Assembly: GCA_963575745.1 (NCBI GenBank)
Contig: CAUYUJ010000226.1
Location: forward strand, 124,001-188,000
Direction of reading: 5' to 3'
DNA length: 64,000 bases
From: Prorocentrum cordatum
Lineage: Eukaryota
Shown here: positions 59,123 through 64,000 of the stretch, in pieces
Position numbering within the stretch: the stretch's first letter is position 1
Layout of the letters: each line of letters opens with the position of its first letter
Notes under the pieces: model-generated
Told to the model about the DNA's origin: nothing
Databases searched by the model: none
What the model saw: the letters and a program-made list of their open reading frames with translations, nothing else
Position numbers and translations under genes: made by a program

Positions 59123-59505
59123 GCTGCCTATTATCTTCGGGCGCGAAGTCAGGGGGGCGGGGGCGATAAATGTCAGGAGGGAAAGAAACACACAGACACA
59201 ATTAATCGTCGACTCCCAGGAAAATATGCAAAAATATGGGAAGTGGTGGGGAAGACAAAAACCCAGAAAATATGGGAAAATATGGGGGATGTTTTTATTT
59301 GTGTGTATTTATTTGTGTGTTCCAGTTCCCCTTCAAAATGGCGGGGGAGAGGGGTGCCCTTTTCGGGCCCTGCTGGCCCCCTCTGGGGCCCCAGCGGGCC
59401 CCCTCAGGAGCCCCAGAGGGCACCCCTTTCTGCAGCCCTCGCTGCCCCCCCCCCCCCCGCATCTATCGCCCCCCATGAGTCCGCGCCCGATATCATCGTC
59501 CAACC

Positions 59506-59663
59506 GGCGGCGAGCGCGGGGGGGAAGTGAGAAGCGGCGGTCCTTCTCAGAAGGCTCAGAAGTCCCCCAGTCTTCTGAGACGTTTCCTGAGCCTTCCCCC
59601 ATGATGCAGAACAAATTGCTCAGAAGGCCTTGTACTTCTCACTTCCCCCCCTCGCTCGCCACC
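59506..59663. mobile_element. MITE family D (GGCGAG..GGGGGAAGTGAGAAG / CTTCTCACTTCCCCC..CTCGCC); other copies near 15272-15455, 16615-16797, 19230-19385, 20070-20252, 37120-37272, 48107-48265
   Basis: Terminal inverted repeats and recurring internal CCTTCTCAGAAGG-like palindromes; boundaries approximate. Confidence 0.7.
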
Positions 59664-61369
59664 GAATCTTCCTCAAGGCCTGCCGATGCTGCCTTCAAGG
59701 GGGAGTCTCAGCAATCTCCGGCGGCGTCGGCCGACTTCCTCACCAGTCCTGCCCAGACCGACCTTGGGCCCAGGATCGGTGCCCGATGTCTCTGGACGGG
59801 ACAATCATCGCCCCCCCCTCGAATCCGCTGGGGGGGTTGGGCACGTGCTGTTGGAGCTTGTGAAGAGGGGGTTGGAGGAGGAGGAGGAGGAGGAGAGGAG
59901 AAGGAGGAGGAGGAGGAGGAGAGGAGGAGGAGGAGGAGGAGGATAAGGAGGAGGAGGCGGAGGAGGAGGAGGAGGAGGAGGGGAGGAGGGGGAGAATGAG
60001 GGAAGGGGAGGAGGAGGGGGAGGATGAGGGCAGGGGGCGGGATTGGGCAAGCTTAGTCGGATGGTTACCCCCCCCCCTCGATAGGAAAAAAACAACAAGA
60101 ACATCCAGAGCACGCGGCCCTGACCATCGGAGGTTCTCTTAAAACCCGACCTTGGGCCCAGTATCGGTGCCTTCGACTCCCTCAGCGTTAGCGGTTTTCA
60201 TAGAGGGGATGGTCTCCCCTCCTGCTTTTCCTCCTCCTCCTCCTCCTCCTCCTCCTCCTGAATCCTCTTCCTCCTCTTCCTCCTCCTGCTCCTCCTCATA
60301 CATCCTCCCCCTCCTCCTCCTCCTCCTCCTCCTCCTCCTCCTCCTCCTCCTCCTCCTCCTCCTCTTCCTCCTCCTCCTCCTCCTCTCGTGCGCGGCCTTC
60401 GTGGGCCTCGTCGAGGGTCGTCTGCGCCGGCATTCGCGCGCAAGCTGCCCGCGCAAGGTCGCGCGTGTGCGCCCTCTCCAATGGAGCGCGCCGCCGCGTG
60501 ACCCACCGCGCAGGGGCGCGATGCAATGTCGCGCCGGACCCGATGGCGATCGTCGCCCAGGTGGGGTCAGAGGACGAGCTGAGCCGGATGCTCGCGGCTC
60601 CTTCCAGGGGCCCTTTCGGGCCACGCCCTTCGAGCCCCGCCTCTGCCCCTGTCTCCCCCCCTCTTGGAGGTGTGGTGTGGGGCAGAGGTGGGGTTCGGCC
60701 AGGAGGGCGCGTGCTCGGATCCGGGGCCCGGCCAGGATCGGCGAGGTGGCCAGGTTGACGCCGCCGGGCAGTCGAAGAATTCAGCCTGCGTGCTGTGCGG
60801 GCGTTGCCTGCACAGTGGACAGTGGACCCTGCCGGGGACCCAAAGAATATACACCACCACCACGTCGATTCCTCCTCTCTCCTCTACCCTCCTCTTCCTT
60901 TCTTCTTTCCTGGGAGAGGGAGGGGTTGAGGGAGGTGGTGCTGGTGTATATTTTTGGGCCCCCCACCTGCTTTCGCACCGATATAGAGGGGATCTGCTAC
61001 AGGGCGGTTGCCTGCAGCGCCCTGCCGCCAGCGCCCGCAGGCGCTGGCCGAGCTGTACAAAAAACTCATTAACTAAGACGGGCCCCCCTGGGGCTGGGCC
61101 ACGGCTTCGCGGACGTCCAAGCTCATGTGGATCCAGGCCTCCCAGGTCGGGTCGGGGCAGCTGGGTTCGGAGGATCGCGCCGCATGGCCGATGCATCGGC
61201 GATGCTGCTCGATGGGGAGCCAGATTTTCTCCACGCGGACGTCGCCGCTGCATCGCCGCATCGCCGATGCATCGACGATGCTTCGCTGATGCATGCATCG
61301 GCGATGCGGCGAGATTATCCGACCCGATCTCCTGCGACCCCATCTGGGAGGCTTCTTATGGATGGGGGC

Positions 61370-61685
61370 TCGAGCTGCAGAACGGGCTGCGGCACGATCT
61401 GCAGCTCGGGCTGCGGCTCGGGCTGCGGCTCGGGCTGCAGCTGTGGCTGCGGCTCAGGCTGCAGCTAGGCCTATGCTGCAGCTGCGGCTGCGGTTCGGGC
61501 TGCGGCTGCGGCTGCGGCTGCGGCTGCAGCTCGGGCTGCAGCTGTGGGATGCGGCTCGTGCTGCGGCCCGGGCCGCAGCCGTGGCTGCAGCGGGGGCTCG
61601 GGTGCGGCTGCGGCTGCGGCTAGCAGCTGTGACTCGAGCTGCAGTTGTGACTGCGGCTCGTGCTGCGGCTGCGGCTGCGGCTCTG
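61370..61685. repeat. (GCGGCT)n hexamer repeat
   Basis: Direct inspection. Confidence 0.85.
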
Positions 61686-62149
61686 GCCTCGACAGCCCGA
61701 AGGGGCCGGGGGTTCCTAGCGCCGGGTGGCCCGGAGAATCACCGCCGCCGCTCTGACGGGGGGCTGTCCGACGCGGCAGCGCAGCGGTCGGCGCGCGGGG
61801 CGCTGTACATAGATCGGCTCGCGGCTCGTGCTGCGCTCATGGGCTCGGTCGGCAGCTGAAGTACTGCGCCAATCCTTCGTCCGCCCTGACATCGGAGACG
61901 CCTACGGCGAATCACCGCCGGCCCCTGCCTGTCAGGACACGCCCATGTGGCCAAACGTTAGGGCAACGTTCGGCCCCACGCTATTGGACCATGCGTTCCC
62001 CCAGGCGTTGTGGAAGCCCGTCGGGGAGCACGTGGTGCATGAGGTGGAGGAGGAGGAGGAGGAGGACGACGACGAGGAGGAGGAGGAGGAGGAGGAGGGC
62101 GAGGAGGAGGAGGAGGGAGGAAAACGGAGGATGAGGAGAAGACTGAGAA

Positions 62150-64000
62150 GACCTCTTTGGAGTTTCTTGGGTCATTCTTGGGGTCTTCTGTAAGCTTCCT
62201 GGGGGCCTCTGTGGGGCCTCCTGGGCCTCTTTGGGGCCTTTGGGGGCTTCTTGGGGGCTTATTTGGCCTTCTAACGGCGTTCCTGGCCCGCCTGACGCCG
62301 TCGGACACCGTTTTTGAAGCATCTTGGGCCGTCTTGGAACCCCCTTTCGGCGCTTCGGCCTCTTGGGCCGTCTTAGGGGCCTCGTGGGCGCTTCTTGAGC
62401 AGGCTTTGGCTCTCTTGGACCATCTTGGCGGTCTTGGAGGCCTTTTGGGACCGTCTTGGAGGTCGTTTTGGGACTGGATTCAGCTGTTTTGGGGCCGTCT
62501 TGCCCAGCTTGGAGACATCTTGGAAGCTATCTTTGCCCTCTTGGAGCGATTTGGGCAACGGGGTATTGGTTCATGAGCTTTCCGGGTGGCCGGCGGGTTG
62601 GGCCGACGCCCCAGTGGGAGTCGACAAGACCCCATTCCCATCAAACATTCAGCACGCCGTGCACCGCTGTGGCAAACCACAGTGGGCGGCGGATCGAAGA
62701 CGACTACGGCGAATCACCGCCGTCCCCTGCCTTTCAGGATACGCCTATGTGTGCAAACGTTTGGACAAAGTTTTGCCACGCTATTGGACCATGCGTTCTC
62801 CCAGTCGTTGTGGAAGCCCTTCGGGGAGCACGTGGGAGGAAGAAGAGGAATAGAGGGAGGAACGAGGAGGATCCCTGGGCCTCTTGGTGGCCTTTGCGGG
62901 CTCCTTGAGGCCAGTTTGGCCGTCTTGCAGTGTTCCTGACCTGTCGGAAACCGTCGTGGGAGCCTGTTGGCCGTCTCAGGGGCCTCTTGGGGCGCTTCAG
63001 GGTCGTCTTGAAGGCCATCGTGGGCATCTTTGATGCCTCTTGGGCCGTCTTGGGGCCCTGTGGGGGCCGTCTTGGGAGCCTCTTGGGCCGTCCTGGGGCC
63101 ATCTTGGAGGCCTCTCGGAAAATCTTGGGGCAAGATTGGGGGCCTTTTGGGCCATCTTGGACTGTCGGACGCCCGCTTTGAAGCAAATGCCAGAATCTCC
63201 AAGACAACGGCAAATCAATGACCTTGGTGTCTTCGGGCCTTCCTGGAGGACCTCTTGGGCGCTTCTTGGGCCGGCTTTGGTTTTTGTTGGACCATCTTGG
63301 CGGTCTTGGATGCATTTTGGGACCGTTTTCAAGCCATATCGACGCCATCTTCGGCTTTCTTGAGGCCATCTTGGCCGTCTGGGAGGTCATCTTGCCAGTC
63401 TTAGAGGCTGTCTCGAGGTCATCTTAAGCGAAAAAGCCGACAGGACGGGGGGGCCCAGAGTTTTCCAGCTGGCCGCTGGGCTGGGCCAATAGCCCACGGG
63501 GAGTTCCTTTGGAACAGAACCAAAATTCTAGACGCTTCGCTTATCCCCACCAGCCCATCCCGAAACGATGTCCAGGCGAGTTGAGGTGATCAGGGAAGTG
63601 CGGCAGCAAAGATGAGGACGGCCGAACCGTGCAAAGGAGTGAGGAGGAGAAGGAGGAGGTGGATGGATGGATGGATGAGGGAGAGGGAAGACGGAGGATG
63701 AATAGGATGAGGAGGAGGCGGAGGAGGAGGAGGAGGAGGAAGAGAAGGAGTAGGAGCAGGAAGGAGGAACAGGAGGAGGAGGAGGAGGAGGGCAAGCACA
63801 AGGGCCAGAGGTCTCTTGGATGCCTCTAGGAGCCTCTTGGAGTATCTCTTGGGCGATTCTTGGGGGCCTCTTGGGACGTCTTGGGGGTCTCTTGGCGATC
63901 CTGGGGGGCTCTTCGGGGTCTTGGGTGCCTCAGGGGGGGGCCTCTTGGGGCCTCTGAGGGTCTTCTTGGGGACCTTCTGGGGGCCTCTTGGGGGCCTCTT
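62150..64000. repeat. Low-complexity GGGCC(G)TCTTGG-type repeats
   Basis: Recurring TCTTGGG / GGCCTCTT words. Confidence 0.75.

Overview
Eukaryotic, GC-rich, repeat-saturated genomic DNA, almost certainly a dinoflagellate nuclear genome. This is inferred from GA/GC splice donors, AG|G junctions, a peridinin-type plastid presequence and a spliced-leader relic; a Prorocentrum-like species is a guess. Most of the six-frame ORF track is microsatellite noise from (GGA)n, (ACT)n and (GAT)n tracts. One gene can be rebuilt by hand: a plastid-targeted ClpC AAA+ chaperone on the + strand, 37842-59122, about 18 exons and about 1080 aa, with an apparently duplicated UVR/M-domain motif. Several of its introns are whole TIR/TSD mobile elements (Introner-like), and one has no AG acceptor before an essential 15-nt micro-exon. 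Inside ClpC intron 16, on the same strand, lies an intronless, 5'-incomplete ORF with two tandem Zucchini/Nuc-like (PLD6) HKD domains, a C-terminal CCCLP tail and an A12 tract downstream. A degenerate DinoSL relic sits upstream of the ClpC start. Exon-like islands of one or two unidentified + strand genes occur at about 1.4-4.1 kb and 9.6-20.6 kb. The rest is several MITE-like families (often with 5-bp TSDs), minisatellites of about 72, 80, 89 and 108 bp, and microsatellites. All gene models are manual and have no transcript support.
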